A model generated the notes under the pieces. It worked only from the letters and a program-made list of their open reading frames with translations. It ran no database searches and was not told where the DNA came from. From Methylocystis sp. (GTDB lineage Bacteria; Pseudomonadota; Alphaproteobacteria; Rhizobiales; Beijerinckiaceae): a stretch of DNA of 64,000 bases. The position numbers and the translations under genes are program-made. The DNA lies in assembly GCA_046349135.1 (NCBI GenBank), contig JAXMCY010000007.1, positions 38,426 through 102,425 on the forward strand. The letters run 5' to 3'. Positions 11,313-22,351 of the stretch are shown piece by piece (within the stretch, counting starts at the first letter, position 1; each line of letters starts with the position of its first letter).

Positions 11313-11825
11313 ATGGATTCGCTGGATCTGGATCAGGTGATGGACGAAATCATCCCGAGGGGAGACAACAGGCCCCAGGCCCCGAATTATCCGGCCCGTC
11401 AGCGGCCGCGCGCGCCCGACGACGCCCTGGCGGCGCTAGATCTCGTGTCTCAGGCCGCCGCCGCCATACAAGAGCTTGAGAAGCAGTCTGCTCAGGCGGT
11501 GGCGCGGGCGCATACCACCGCCAATGCGGTGAGAGAGAAGCTGGAGCGCGCCGAAGAGCGCGCCGATCGGGCCGAAGCGGCGGTGCGCAATTCGGAAGCC
11601 GAGGTCGCCGAACTGTCCGCGGCGCTCGTTCATGCGCGCAACGACCTCGAGGCGATGCAGTCGTTGATCGAGGCGACGCAGGCCGAGCTTGGGGCCATGG
11701 AGCAGCGCGCGCTCGCCGCAGAAACGCGGGCGATAGAATCCGACGCCGCGGTACAAAGGATCGTCGACGCCATTCGGACGCAGCTTCCGGTCAAGGTCGC
11801 CGAGCAGGCCAAGCCCGCCGCCTGA
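11313..11825 (+). CDS. Hypothetical coiled-coil protein
   Basis: GAGGAGG RBS; heptad-rich Ala/Glu/Arg sequence; GC3-biased codons. Confidence 0.75.
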   Translation: MDSLDLDQVMDEIIPRGDNRPQAPNYPARQRPRAPDDALAALDLVSQAAAAIQELEKQSAQAVARAHTTANAVREKLERAEERADRAEAAVRNSEAEVAELSAALVHARNDLEAMQSLIEATQAELGAMEQRALAAETRAIESDAAVQRIVDAIRTQLPVKVAEQAKPAA

Positions 11826-12000
11826 CGCGCAGATCTCGCGCTCCCTGAGTCGGCCGCCGCACAGATTTGGCGGCCCCATCGCGCCCTCAAAGCGGCGAGG
11901 CGTAGGCTTGCGCTCTAATTACGTTAGCTATTAAGGTATTGAATTTATTAATTAATCGATATCGAGCGCTGCGGCCCGATGCGGCTCGGCCCTCGAAGGT

Positions 12001-14016
12001 TCAGCCGCCAAAGAACCCCCGCATCGCCGCAAACAGGCCCTTCCGGCCTTCCGCAGCCGGGAGCGCTTGCATGGCGCTTTCGGCTTGGAGCCGCTCAGCG
12101 TCAAGCTCGACGCCGGCGCGCGCGACGAGCGCGGCGAGCGTCGGCGCTTCATGGGCCGGCGCCCACCCGCCGCTGCGCCGCAAATCGAGATAGGCGTCGA
12201 GCATGTCGGCGACGTCCGCCGCGCCGACTTGCTCGAAATGGGCGCGCGCCCGATCGACCGTATCGGCGTCGGCGATCTGGCGCGCGGCGTTTGTCGCTTC
12301 GCGCCGCACGCCGTCGTCGAGCGCCAGAGCGACGCGCGCCTCGCGCAGCGCAGCGGCTTCAGGCTCCTTAAAGAGCGCGCGCAGGAGCCGCGCCTCTTGC
12401 ATGGCGTCGATGCCCGAAGGGGCCATGCCTCGGGCGCCGCAGGCGTCGAGATAACGCGCCAGGAGAGACGGCGCCCCGCGCGCCCCGGCGGCTTCGGGGC
12501 AGGGCCGCACGGACTGGGCGAATTCGCCGCCGCACGCAATCGCCGCCGCCAGCGCCGGGTCGGCGCTAAAAGCGCCATAGCCGCCGAATTGTCGTACTCG
12601 CGCGCGGGCAGGCCCGGTCGCGCCGATCACAAGCGCGGCGAAACTCACCTGGGCCAGAGGCTCGAGCGCCTCCCACAGGCCAGGCGGCTCGAAGCGGGCG
12701 GCGACCTCGGCGCGCGAGAGGGTGCCGTTGAGCGATGCGACAAGCTTGTCGCAGCGGCCTCTCAGCCCGGCGGCGCGCTCCGCCACGGCGCGGGCGGCGG
12801 CGCCGGTCGCGGCGCGCGCGCAGTCGGCGGCGCGGCGCATCAGCTCATCGACAAGTCCTTGGTCTTCCGTCGGGCGAAGCGGCGCGAGACCGTCGCCCTC
12901 GACCCGAAAAAGCCGGGCATAGGCGGGGCCGCCGGGGTCGACGGGCGTCACGCCGAGGTCTCCTGCCCCCGCCACCGGGCAGACGACGCCGATGTCGTCG
13001 CCGAGCGACGCGCCGTAAAACTCGATCTCCACCGTCTCACCCATGCCGGGCGCGCTCATTTCGCGGCTGCGGCGCAAGGCGATTCCGTCGACCGCCGCCT
13101 CTTCAGGATCGATGAGCAGCGAGAGAAGATTGCCGACGACGATCGGCTCCGCCGTTTCCGCGGCGTCAGGATGTTCCTGGGGATCTCCGATCGCCTGTCG
13201 CAGCTCCTCGATCGTGATCGGATCGACCGCTGGCTCTCCCGCGGCGCGCTGATCGAGGGTCCAGCCCTTCAGTCGTCGACGCTGGTTCATCGCCAAAACC
13301 ACGCTGCATCGTCCGAGCAATTGGGCGCTCTCTTCGATTGAATCAGGAATGCGCAGGCGAAGGATGACGCGCGGCGGACCGGGCTCGCGCAGCCAATGCT
13401 CCATGACGGCGAAGGGCGCCTCGCGCGCGTCGCCCGCCGCCGAGGACTCGAAAGTCGCCGCCTCCAGGACGAGCCTGCTTTGATAGGCGGGAAAAATACG
13501 GCGCGCCGGCGCGAGGCGAATGACGATGGCGTTGTCGCCGCGTTCGACGGCGCGGCGATGGCCGATCGCCCAGACCAGTCTGGCGCCCGCGGTGGCGGTC
13601 TGCTCGCGCGAGAGCCTGTCGACGTCGCCGCGCGCGGGGAACGCCGCTAGTCGAAAGGCTGCAGGATCGGCGGCGCCGCCGTCCGGCAGCATCGTCAGCA
13701 GCAAGCGCCAATCCGCGCCTTGCGGCAGGTCGCGCTCCGCAACGAGCGCCAATCTGAGTTCGGCGCCGTCGGCGGCGATCAGCCGTACAAATTTGTGGTC
13801 GGGCGGCAGGTCAAGGAGAATGATGCGCGAGCGCCAGCGTGCGGCGTCGATGACGTCGACGAGGGCGGGCGCGCTGGTCAGGAACTCGTCGCGCGCAGAG
13901 AAGACCGTAAGTTCCGGACGAACCGCGGAAGCGGTCGCGCGATCGGCCCCGTCAAACCAACCGATGGCCAGTCTGCGGCGACCATCCCAAAAATAGTCGA
14001 ACTGTTCCCTCCACAT
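12001..14016 (-). CDS. Large hypothetical protein (about 670 aa; start uncertain, ORF open to 14190)
   Basis: Long open frame filling the gap between two genes; no recognised motif; C-terminal KGLFAAMRGFFGG. Confidence 0.65.
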   Translation of the reverse strand: MWREQFDYFWDGRRRLAIGWFDGADRATASAVRPELTVFSARDEFLTSAPALVDVIDAARWRSRIILLDLPPDHKFVRLIAADGAELRLALVAERDLPQGADWRLLLTMLPDGGAADPAAFRLAAFPARGDVDRLSREQTATAGARLVWAIGHRRAVERGDNAIVIRLAPARRIFPAYQSRLVLEAATFESSAAGDAREAPFAVMEHWLREPGPPRVILRLRIPDSIEESAQLLGRCSVVLAMNQRRRLKGWTLDQRAAGEPAVDPITIEELRQAIGDPQEHPDAAETAEPIVVGNLLSLLIDPEEAAVDGIALRRSREMSAPGMGETVEIEFYGASLGDDIGVVCPVAGAGDLGVTPVDPGGPAYARLFRVEGDGLAPLRPTEDQGLVDELMRRAADCARAATGAAARAVAERAAGLRGRCDKLVASLNGTLSRAEVAARFEPPGLWEALEPLAQVSFAALVIGATGPARARVRQFGGYGAFSADPALAAAIACGGEFAQSVRPCPEAAGARGAPSLLARYLDACGARGMAPSGIDAMQEARLLRALFKEPEAAALREARVALALDDGVRREATNAARQIADADTVDRARAHFEQVGAADVADMLDAYLDLRRSGGWAPAHEAPTLAALVARAGVELDAERLQAESAMQALPAAEGRKGLFAAMRGFFGG

Positions 14017-14274
14017 TGACGGCCGCGCCCAAGGGTTGGCATGGCGCCGCCGCCATGCGAAGCTAAAGTCAAAAGGCACCATATCCGTCCGAACAGCAGT
14101 CGCGCAATTCGCTGGGAACCGGCGTAGGTCGCCAAATCGTCCGGGCCATGCGACATCATCAAACAGAGGCATGACGTTGTTCCGCCACATACTGCGGGTA
14201 AGCGGCCACCGACCGGCGCATTCGCATTGGCGTCCAGGAATTCAGCGCGCGCAACGACTTAATGTGGAGCTTTG

Positions 14275-15348
14275 ATGAAGATATTGATCACCGGGGGCGC
14301 GGGGTTCATCGGCTCGGCTGTCGCACGTGCAAGCATCCGCAAGGGCGTTGATCAGGTTCTCGTGCTCGACAAACTCACCTATGCGGGAAATCTCGCCTCT
14401 CTGCGGCCGGTCGCCGACAGCCCGCGCTTTTCCTTCTTGCAGGCCGACATCTGCGACGCTGGGGCGGTCGCGCGCGCTTTTGCCGATTTTCAGCCTGACG
14501 CCGTCATGCATCTTGCCGCTGAAAGCCATGTCGATCGCTCGATCGACGGGCCGGCCGCGTTCATCGAAACCAATGTCGTCGGCACCTTTGTCATGCTGCG
14601 CGCGGCGCTCGACTATTGGCGCCAGCTTGAACGCGCCCGTGCGCGCGACTTCCGCTTCATGCATATCTCCACCGATGAGGTGTTCGGCGCGCTTGGCGCG
14701 GAAGGCCTTTTCCGCGAAGACACGCCCTATGCGCCCACATCGCCCTATTCGGCGTCGAAGGCGGGCTCGGACCATCTCGTGCGCGCCTGGCGCCATACCT
14801 ACGGTCTGCCGACGATCGTCACCAATTGCTCGAATAACTACGGCCCATATCACTTTCCCGAAAAGCTCATTCCGCTCACGATCATCAACGCGATCGAGGA
14901 GAAGCCGCTGCCGGTCTACGGCCGCGGCGAGAATGTGCGCGACTGGCTCTATGTCGAGGATCACGCCTCGGCGCTTATGCGCGTGGCGAGCGAAGGCGCG
15001 GTCGGCGAATCCTATAATGTCGGCGGACGCAACGAATGGCGCAATATCGACGTGGTCGAAGCGATCTGCGAATTGATGGACGAGTTCCGTCCGCGTCGCG
15101 CCGGACCGCATCGCGAACTGATCAGCTTTGTCGCCGACCGTCCGGGACATGATCTGCGCTACGCGATCGACGCTTCGAAGATCGAGCGCGAACTTGGATG
15201 GCGGCCGGCCGAGCGGTTCGAAACGGGTCTTCGCAAGACCGTGCGCTGGTATTTGGACAATCAGGATTGGTGGGGAGCGATCCGCTCGGGCGCCTATCGC
15301 GGCGAACGCTTAGGCTTGCTTGTCGATCAAGAAGAAGCCGTTGTCTGA
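14275..15348 (+). CDS. rfbB: dTDP-glucose 4,6-dehydratase
   Basis: [31 protein letters not shown]. Confidence 0.96.
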   Translation: MKILITGGAGFIGSAVARASIRKGVDQVLVLDKLTYAGNLASLRPVADSPRFSFLQADICDAGAVARAFADFQPDAVMHLAAESHVDRSIDGPAAFIETNVVGTFVMLRAALDYWRQLERARARDFRFMHISTDEVFGALGAEGLFREDTPYAPTSPYSASKAGSDHLVRAWRHTYGLPTIVTNCSNNYGPYHFPEKLIPLTIINAIEEKPLPVYGRGENVRDWLYVEDHASALMRVASEGAVGESYNVGGRNEWRNIDVVEAICELMDEFRPRRAGPHRELISFVADRPGHDLRYAIDASKIERELGWRPAERFETGLRKTVRWYLDNQDWWGAIRSGAYRGERLGLLVDQEEAVV

Positions 15349-15366
15349 AGCGCGAGTGAGGGACGC

Positions 15367-15918
15367 TTGTTCGAAGATTTGGAGCTTTCGGGGCTGAAGC
15401 TCATAACGCCCAAAAAATTCGGCGATGAGCGCGGATTTTTTTGCGAAACGCATAACGAAAAGACCTGGGCGAACGCCGGACTGAATTTCGACTTCGTACA
15501 GGACAACCATTCGCTGTCCCGCGACGTCGGCACGGTGCGCGGATTGCATTTTCAGACCGAGCCATTCGCGCAGGACAAGCTCGTTCGCGTGATCAGCGGC
15601 GCCATACTCGACGTCGCCGTCGATCTCAGGCGGTCGTCGTCGACCTACGGGCGTCACGTCGCCGTAGAGCTATCGCGGGAAAACTGGCGGCAATTGTTCA
15701 TTCCTATCGGATTCGCGCATGGCTTCGTCACGCTCGAGCCCGACACGGAAGTGCTCTACAAGGTGACGAACTTCTATTCGCCGCAGCATGACTGCGGGAT
15801 CGCCTGGGACGACCCAGACATCGGCGTGGACTGGCGGCTCGCCGGCTCCCGCGCCGTGTTGTCGGAAAAGGACCGCAAGTGGCCGAGGCTGCGCGATCTG
15901 GCGGAGGTTTTCGCTTAA
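15367..15918 (+). CDS. rfbC: dTDP-4-dehydrorhamnose 3,5-epimerase
   Basis: FGDERGFF, VQDNHS, RGLHFQ, GFAHGF. Confidence 0.95.
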   Translation: MFEDLELSGLKLITPKKFGDERGFFCETHNEKTWANAGLNFDFVQDNHSLSRDVGTVRGLHFQTEPFAQDKLVRVISGAILDVAVDLRRSSSTYGRHVAVELSRENWRQLFIPIGFAHGFVTLEPDTEVLYKVTNFYSPQHDCGIAWDDPDIGVDWRLAGSRAVLSEKDRKWPRLRDLAEVFA

Positions 15919-16809
15919 GTGGGCAAGATGAAGCGCATCGCCGTCACCGGCCTCACCGGCCAAGTGGTCAGTTCGCTCATCGAGCGCGCGCCGAGAGGCG
16001 TCGAAATGCTGGCGCTCGGCCGCCCCAGCTTCGATCTTTCCTCTCGCGACATGATTCTGGCGTCGCTACGCAGCGTGCGCTGCGACGCGATCGTCAACGC
16101 CGCGGCTTACACGCAAGTCGATAAGGCTGAAAGCGAGCCGGACCTGGCGATGAAGGTTAATGGCGCGGGCGCAGGCTTTGTCGCCGAGACGGCGTCCGAG
16201 CTGAAAGTGCCGCTATTGCATCTTTCGACCGACTATGTGTTCGATGGGACGCTCGATCGCGCCTATCGCGAAGACGACGAGCCGCATCCGACCGGCGCTT
16301 ACGGTCGTTCAAAGCTTGAAGGCGAAAAGCAGATCGCGGCGCGCTGCGACAATTGCGTCATCTTGCGCACCGCCTGGGTCTACAGCCCATTCGGGACCAA
16401 TTTCGTCAAGACAATGCTGCGTCTCGGGGAGACGCGCGATGAAATCGGCGTCGTCGCCGATCAGATCGGCAATCCGACGAGCGCGCTCGATATCGCCGAC
16501 GCGCTGCTCGCCATCGCCGAAAGACTGGTCGACGACTCAGATTCTCGCTTGCGCGGCGTTTTCCACATGACCGGAAAAGGCGAAGCGAGCTGGGCCGACA
16601 TGGCGGAAGCGGTCTTTGCGGCGGCGGAGACCCAAGGCCGCGGGGCCGTCCGCGTCAGACGCATCGCCACCGCGGACTATCCGACGCCGGCGAGCCGTCC
16701 GGCGAATTCCCGGCTCGACAACGCCAAGCTTAACGCCAGTTACGGAATTGCGCTGCCGAACTGGCGCGACTCCGTCAATGCATGTGTCGCCCGATTAATT
16801 CACAACTGA
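15919..16809 (+). CDS. rfbD: dTDP-4-dehydrorhamnose reductase
   Basis: [29 protein letters not shown]. Confidence 0.95.
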   Translation: MGKMKRIAVTGLTGQVVSSLIERAPRGVEMLALGRPSFDLSSRDMILASLRSVRCDAIVNAAAYTQVDKAESEPDLAMKVNGAGAGFVAETASELKVPLLHLSTDYVFDGTLDRAYREDDEPHPTGAYGRSKLEGEKQIAARCDNCVILRTAWVYSPFGTNFVKTMLRLGETRDEIGVVADQIGNPTSALDIADALLAIAERLVDDSDSRLRGVFHMTGKGEASWADMAEAVFAAAETQGRGAVRVRRIATADYPTPASRPANSRLDNAKLNASYGIALPNWRDSVNACVARLIHN

Positions 16810-16820
16810 GCAGGATCCCC

Positions 16821-17795
16821 ATGCGCGGCATCATTCTGGCCGGAGGCAGCGGCACAAGGCTGCATCCCATGACGCTCGTGACGTCGAAGCAACTGCTTCC
16901 GGTCTACGACAAGCCGATGATCTATTATCCGCTCAGCACGCTGATGCTGGCAGGCGTGCGCGAAATTCTGATCATCACCACGCCGGAGGATCTGCTCTCC
17001 TTCAAGCGGCTGCTCGGTAGCGGCGCGCAATGGGGGCTCTCGCTGTCTTACGCCGTGCAGCCTCGGCCGGAAGGCTTGGCGCAGGCCTATCACATCGGCG
17101 CAGATTTCGTGGATGGCGCGCGCTCGGTGCTTATCCTCGGCGACAATATTTTCTACGGCCATGGGCTGCCGGACGCGCTGAGCGAGTCATCGCGAAGCGC
17201 GGCAACGGTGTTCGCTTACCATGTCCGCGATCCGGAGCGGTACGGCGTGGTTGACTTCGATCCGGCCGGCCGCGCGATCTCGATCGAAGAAAAGCCGCTC
17301 AAACCAAGATCGAATTGGGCGGTGACCGGCCTCTATTTTTACGATGAACGCGCGCCGCAGTTCGCGCGGCAGCTGAAGCCTTCGCCGCGCGGCGAATTGG
17401 AGATCACCGATCTTAACCGGATCTATCTGGAACTCGGCGAACTCCAGGTCGCTCGCCTCGGTCGTGGTTTCGCCTGGCTCGACACCGGCACGCCGGAAGC
17501 GCTGATCGAAGCAGGCGAATATGTGCGCGCCATCGAACAGCGCCAGGGACAGCGTGTGGCCTGTCTCGAAGAGATCGCCTTCAGGGCGGGGTGGATCGAC
17601 GTCGCGGAGGCGCGCGCGGCGTCTTCGAAATTCTCCAAGAGCGGTTACGGTCAATATATTTCGCAGGTGCTCGCCGAGATCGAGCGCGACTTCTCGCCAG
17701 TCGAATCCAGCGGCAAAGCCACGGCCTGGCGCAGCGTCGCGGCGACCGCTCCGGGATCGAAGACACGCGTTACGTCAGCCGGCGGCGCCGAGTGA
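16821..17795 (+). CDS. rfbA: Glucose-1-phosphate thymidylyltransferase
   Basis: [43 protein letters not shown]. Confidence 0.96.
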   Translation: MRGIILAGGSGTRLHPMTLVTSKQLLPVYDKPMIYYPLSTLMLAGVREILIITTPEDLLSFKRLLGSGAQWGLSLSYAVQPRPEGLAQAYHIGADFVDGARSVLILGDNIFYGHGLPDALSESSRSAATVFAYHVRDPERYGVVDFDPAGRAISIEEKPLKPRSNWAVTGLYFYDERAPQFARQLKPSPRGELEITDLNRIYLELGELQVARLGRGFAWLDTGTPEALIEAGEYVRAIEQRQGQRVACLEEIAFRAGWIDVAEARAASSKFSKSGYGQYISQVLAEIERDFSPVESSGKATAWRSVAATAPGSKTRVTSAGGAE

Positions 17796-20158
17796 CATTG
17801 GCGTGGGATGATGGCGCCGGCGAAAGGCTCCATGCGCCTGACAGCGTCCTCTATCGCATCGGCCAGCGACTTTGCGTCAAGTTGCGCGAGCGATACGATG
17901 TTGTCGAGTCGGTGGCGCAAATCCTTTCCTGCGAATGCGTTGGTAATTGTCGCAATGCCCGCTTCCGCCATTTCGAGCGGCGGATAGCTCGGGTGGGATG
18001 AGACCATCAGCGACACGCCGACGAGCGCGCGATTGAGATAGTCGGCATAGTCCTCGAGACGCGCTTTTCCGCCGACGGTCGCATTTTGGACCGGATAGAG
18101 AAGCGAATCCGGAAAATCTTCGCCCAGAAAAACAATGTTCCAACGGCTAGCGCGTATCGGATCGCGTTGCTGCCAAATGATCAGCGCCGCGCAGATCAGC
18201 TCGAAGGCGTTACGCGCCACGGCTGGCCGGCCGTATATGAGCATCGTCGGTTCACGCGGAACATTTGCAAGCCGCTCGCGAATGCGTTCGTTTAGTTCAT
18301 AGGGAACATAATAGGCATTACGGAAGCGATATTTCTCGGTCATGACCGAGAAAAGCTCTTCGGAGTTGATGATCGCTATCGTCTGATCGCCGCAATGATA
18401 GGTCGCTTCGGCCAGACAGGACTTCGAGCCGTGGCCATAGAAATTCGGCTCATCGTCTTGAATGAGATAGATGAACGGCCGCGCGCCGCCGAAATAACGC
18501 GCCCGGTCGCGCTCCATGGCGAGGGCGAATTCCGCTGTCCACCAGGCGGTGGCGAAAAAAAAGTCGTTGGCGCGCAGGTTCAGCCTGCCGCCCTCCCGCT
18601 CATTCGCGTCGATGAGCGCCGCCGTCTCGTCGTCGAGGCTCGCCGCGTAAGGAGCCGGCCTGTAACCGGGCAGCGCTGCATAGGCGTCCGGCTCGATGTC
18701 CGCATCGGTCACCACGATGCGCGCGTCGAAGGCGTCGCCGAGTTCGGTCAAGAGTTTTGAAAAGAGCTTCATCGCTGTCGCAATCCCGCCGAAAGTCTGC
18801 TGCGGATTGACGGTCGGAGTCAGCAGCGTCAGGCGCGGCCGCTCGTTACGCGAGGGATAGGATAGGAGCGGTCGCGTCTCGGCGATCAATGTCGCATAAG
18901 GGTGGAAATTGGAGTCGACGCTGGCAAGCGAAGGTCGAAAGACCTTGAGTCGGTGCTTGACGACATCTTCGGGGGCGCGCACCGACAGCAAGGTATGGCC
19001 CATCGGATAGAGATCGCGCTGCGCGACTTTGAGCCATTCGAAACCGCGCGATTCGGCGATCATTAGCACACAGCGCTCGATCGCATGGGCGAGAGTGCCG
19101 TCGACCTGGCCGCTCTCTTGGGGAAAGTCGGCAAAGTCGATGTCGAGATCGAGCAGTGGACGAATCGCGGCGGTTCTTCCCCAGAACATGGAGCCGGAGG
19201 GAAATTCGAGCGTCAGATTCTTGTCGATCTCGACATTGATCCGCTTCAGCAGGCTTCGCGCCAGATCGTAGTCATAGCCCCAGTTCAAGATGCCGCGCAG
19301 TTCGAAGAGATGCTGGGGAAAAACGACGCCGAGCCTTGGATCGTCGAACAGCGACAAAATCGAGCGGACGATGGCCTCGGACCCAAGAAGATTGTCGAGG
19401 AGATAGTCGCGCCAGCGCGCCAGCGCCTCGCCGCCATGCGGCGAGCGCTTGGTGTGAAGGTGGATAACGAGCTCGTAATCGGCATAGACGTCGCGAAATC
19501 CGAAATATTTGGCGGCGATGTCGCGGCCGCGATTGGGACAGACGCGGATCAAGACCTTGCCCTTGCGCCAGTCGGCGCAGACCTTCTCGATCGCGCCTCT
19601 CTTTTCGTCGGTGTCGGTCGATATGCAGAGATCGAGCGCGCCGGGAACATTGCGCAGCTTTTCGAGCACGAGCGGCAGCGCATCCGGATAGAAGGCGTGC
19701 ACGATCGCCACGATCGAGCGGGCGCGCTCGGGGCAGGCGTCGTAGGCGAAAGGCGTTTCGAGCGCGAAATCCATTTCGTTGACCGGGCGGCGGGAGGGAA
19801 CCACCCCGTCCGGCTTGGTCAGTTCATAGGAGTAATAATAGCTGATCGCCGCCTGCCGTAGCGGGTCGTTGATCGGATTGCGCCGCCGGCCCAGCGGCGG
19901 ATCGTACTGCGCCGCAATCTGCCGCAGCACGGCCCCGCAGGCGGCGCGCAGGCCTTGCTCGCGCAGAAATCGGGGGCCATCCCGCAAAAGATCGCGCGGC
20001 GCAAGGAATACGCCGACCGGAGAGTCGATGAGTTTCGCCAACTCGCGCATCGCCGCGCCATAAAGCGCCACGGCGCCCCGCGTCGTCAGGATAATGTAGC
20101 CATTCCGCAAATGGCGGCGCATCCATTGGAGGCGGGTCTCGGATTTTTTTTCCGTCAT
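17651..20158 (-). CDS. Rhamnan synthesis F (RgpF-like) domain fused to a WsaF-like glycosyltransferase
   Basis: [40 protein letters not shown]; then [26 protein letters not shown]...[15 protein letters not shown]. Confidence 0.8.
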   Translation of the reverse strand: MTEKKSETRLQWMRRHLRNGYIILTTRGAVALYGAAMRELAKLIDSPVGVFLAPRDLLRDGPRFLREQGLRAACGAVLRQIAAQYDPPLGRRRNPINDPLRQAAISYYYSYELTKPDGVVPSRRPVNEMDFALETPFAYDACPERARSIVAIVHAFYPDALPLVLEKLRNVPGALDLCISTDTDEKRGAIEKVCADWRKGKVLIRVCPNRGRDIAAKYFGFRDVYADYELVIHLHTKRSPHGGEALARWRDYLLDNLLGSEAIVRSILSLFDDPRLGVVFPQHLFELRGILNWGYDYDLARSLLKRINVEIDKNLTLEFPSGSMFWGRTAAIRPLLDLDIDFADFPQESGQVDGTLAHAIERCVLMIAESRGFEWLKVAQRDLYPMGHTLLSVRAPEDVVKHRLKVFRPSLASVDSNFHPYATLIAETRPLLSYPSRNERPRLTLLTPTVNPQQTFGGIATAMKLFSKLLTELGDAFDARIVVTDADIEPDAYAALPGYRPAPYAASLDDETAALIDANEREGGRLNLRANDFFFATAWWTAEFALAMERDRARYFGGARPFIYLIQDDEPNFYGHGSKSCLAEATYHCGDQTIAIINSEELFSVMTEKYRFRNAYYVPYELNERIRERLANVPREPTMLIYGRPAVARNAFELICAALIIWQQRDPIRASRWNIVFLGEDFPDSLLYPVQNATVGGKARLEDYADYLNRALVGVSLMVSSHPSYPPLEMAEAGIATITNAFAGKDLRHRLDNIVSLAQLDAKSLADAIEDAVRRMEPFAGAIIPRQCHSAPPADVTRVFDPGAVAATLRQAVALPLDSTGEKSRSISASTCEIY

Positions 20159-20347
20159 TGACGCCTTACACTTGGGCTTCGGTGATCGAGAGGCGATGAA
20201 AATATAGCAATTTCAACCATCGAGACTAAACAAAGTCTTCGGTTTCGCCATGACTTAGCCAGAAATTCGGCGTAACGAAAGGCCGCGCGCTGGGGGGCTG
20301 CGCCTGGGGGAAGGCGACGGATAACGACCGGCCGCCGCTCGGGAATC

Positions 20348-21001
20348 ATGATCAAACTGGACAATGTTTTCAAATATTATCGCTCGCGCGGCCACAAAAA
20401 GGTCGTGCTCGACCATGTCAGCCTCGATTTTTCGGCCGGCCGGAGCTACGGCATTTTAGGGGTCAATGGCGCCGGCAAATCGACCCTGATGCGCCTCCTG
20501 GCGGGAACCGAACTGCCCAATGGCGGCCGGATCGTGCGCTCGTCGCGCGTTTCCTGGCCGCTGGGGTTCAGCGGCGGCCTGCACCCGATGATGAGCGGGC
20601 GCGAAAACGTCAAATTTGTCGCGCGCGTCTACGGAGCGGACGCCCGCAAAGTCCTCAACTTCGTCGAGGACTTTGCCGAGATCGGCGCCTACATCGACGC
20701 TCCGATTCGGACCTATTCGGCCGGCATGCTGGCGCGCCTCGCATTCGGTCTGTCGCTGTCGATCGAATTCGAGTGCTATCTCATCGACGAAGTGACTGCG
20801 GTCGGCGACGCGCGTTTCGCCGCGCGGTGCCAGGACGAATTCGCCAAGCGTCGACGTACGGCGGACGTTATCATGGTGTCGCACGCCATGACGACGATTC
20901 AGGAATATTGTGATCGCGGCATGGTGTTGGCGGGAGGACAGATGCACGTGTTCTCCAAGGTCGATGATGCGATCGAACTCTATAAGAAAATCAATGCCTG
21001 A
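20348..21001 (+). CDS. kpsT: Capsular polysaccharide ABC transporter ATPase (KpsT-like)
   Basis: GVNGAGKST Walker A, VSWPLGF, YSAGMLARLAF, YLIDEVTAVGD. Confidence 0.9.
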   Translation: MIKLDNVFKYYRSRGHKKVVLDHVSLDFSAGRSYGILGVNGAGKSTLMRLLAGTELPNGGRIVRSSRVSWPLGFSGGLHPMMSGRENVKFVARVYGADARKVLNFVEDFAEIGAYIDAPIRTYSAGMLARLAFGLSLSIEFECYLIDEVTAVGDARFAARCQDEFAKRRRTADVIMVSHAMTTIQEYCDRGMVLAGGQMHVFSKVDDAIELYKKINA

Positions 21002-22295
21002 AGCCATGCACGCGCAGCGCTCGAAACTCTCGGTCAGGATCGCGGATCCCGAGTGGGCGCCGCTGAGTCCTCAGGATGCAGGCGTCAAGGCGAAGTCGAT
21101 TTCGCAAGCGCTGCGTCGGGCGGCGAACAAGTCGCGCGGGCCGGCAAAAGTCATCACCGGGGGCGGCGGCTTTCAGGCGCGTCGCGGCGACCGCGCCTTC
21201 CGTCTCGGCGTCCTCTCCAGCTTCGCGGCCTTTGTCATCGCCCCGTTCCTCGTCGCCTCGATCTATTGGGGACTGATCGCGAGCAAGCAATATGTGACCG
21301 AGAGCAAATTCGCATTGCGCGCCGGAGAAGCGTCGAGCCTCGACCTGCTGAGCGGCGGCGGCGTCGGATCGCAGGCTGCTCAGCAGATGCAGGACACGCA
21401 GGTCCTGGTCAATTTCATCCGCAGCCGGGCGATGGTTGAGGCCCTCGACAGAAAGATCAGCCTCCGCGCGTTGTTTTCGCGGCCCGGCGTCGACTATTTT
21501 TCGAGCTTCGATCCGGATGATCCCGTTGAGGAGCTGGAAAAATACTGGAAACGGCAAGTCGACGCCAGTGTCGACCTGATGTCAGGGATCATCTCCGTCC
21601 ATGTGCGCGCCTTCACGCCTCAAGACTCGCTGGCGATCTCGCAGAGTATCGCCGAAACTTCGGAGCGGCTGGTCAATGAAATGTCGACGCGCTCCCGTCG
21701 CGATGCGCTGACGCAGGCCCGCGCCGAACTGACGCGCGCCGAACAACAGTTGAAGAACGCGACGGGCGCCATGCGTGACGCGCGCAATGCCGAGGGCGTG
21801 ATCGACGCGCCTGCCGCGGCGGAGGCGATCAACAAGATCATCACTTCGCTGCGGCTTGACCTCGCGCGGACGGAGGAGGACCTCGCGCTGCATGGCGACG
21901 CCGAGACGCTCGACTCGCCTCAGGCGCGACTGCTCACCGCGCGCGTGCAGAGCCTCAAGAGCCAGATCGACGACTATTCGACTCGAATCGCGGGCCATGG
22001 CGAGAAGGCGGCAGACTCGCTGGCGCAGCGCGAGGGCGTCCTCTCGCGGCATCAGATCGAGCTTAGTCTCGCTCAGCAAAGATATGCGCTGGCTGCAGCC
22101 GCCTACGAAAATGCACGCGTCGATCTGGAAACGCAGCGCGCCTATCTGATCTCCTTTCTTCGCCCCACGCTCGCTGAAAAGTCGCTCTATCCGCGGCGCT
22201 GGATCGAATGGGCGATTATCGTCGCTCCTGCGACGATCGGCTGGCTCCTGCTCGTCGCTGCGGCTTTTCTCGTTCGCGATTACATGGCGAAATAG
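20994..22295 (+). CDS. Capsule export inner-membrane protein (KpsE/RkpR-like), copy 1
   Basis: IASKQYVTESKF, FIRSRAM, VRAFTPQD, SERLVNEMS, LYPRR plus C-terminal TM. Confidence 0.85.
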   Translation: MPEAMHAQRSKLSVRIADPEWAPLSPQDAGVKAKSISQALRRAANKSRGPAKVITGGGGFQARRGDRAFRLGVLSSFAAFVIAPFLVASIYWGLIASKQYVTESKFALRAGEASSLDLLSGGGVGSQAAQQMQDTQVLVNFIRSRAMVEALDRKISLRALFSRPGVDYFSSFDPDDPVEELEKYWKRQVDASVDLMSGIISVHVRAFTPQDSLAISQSIAETSERLVNEMSTRSRRDALTQARAELTRAEQQLKNATGAMRDARNAEGVIDAPAAAEAINKIITSLRLDLARTEEDLALHGDAETLDSPQARLLTARVQSLKSQIDDYSTRIAGHGEKAADSLAQREGVLSRHQIELSLAQQRYALAAAAYENARVDLETQRAYLISFLRPTLAEKSLYPRRWIEWAIIVAPATIGWLLLVAAAFLVRDYMAK

Positions 22296-22351
22296 CTGGC
22301 GAAGTCCGGTCAGAAGCGCGCATCGCGCTCAATTGTTCGATTGGAGCGTTC

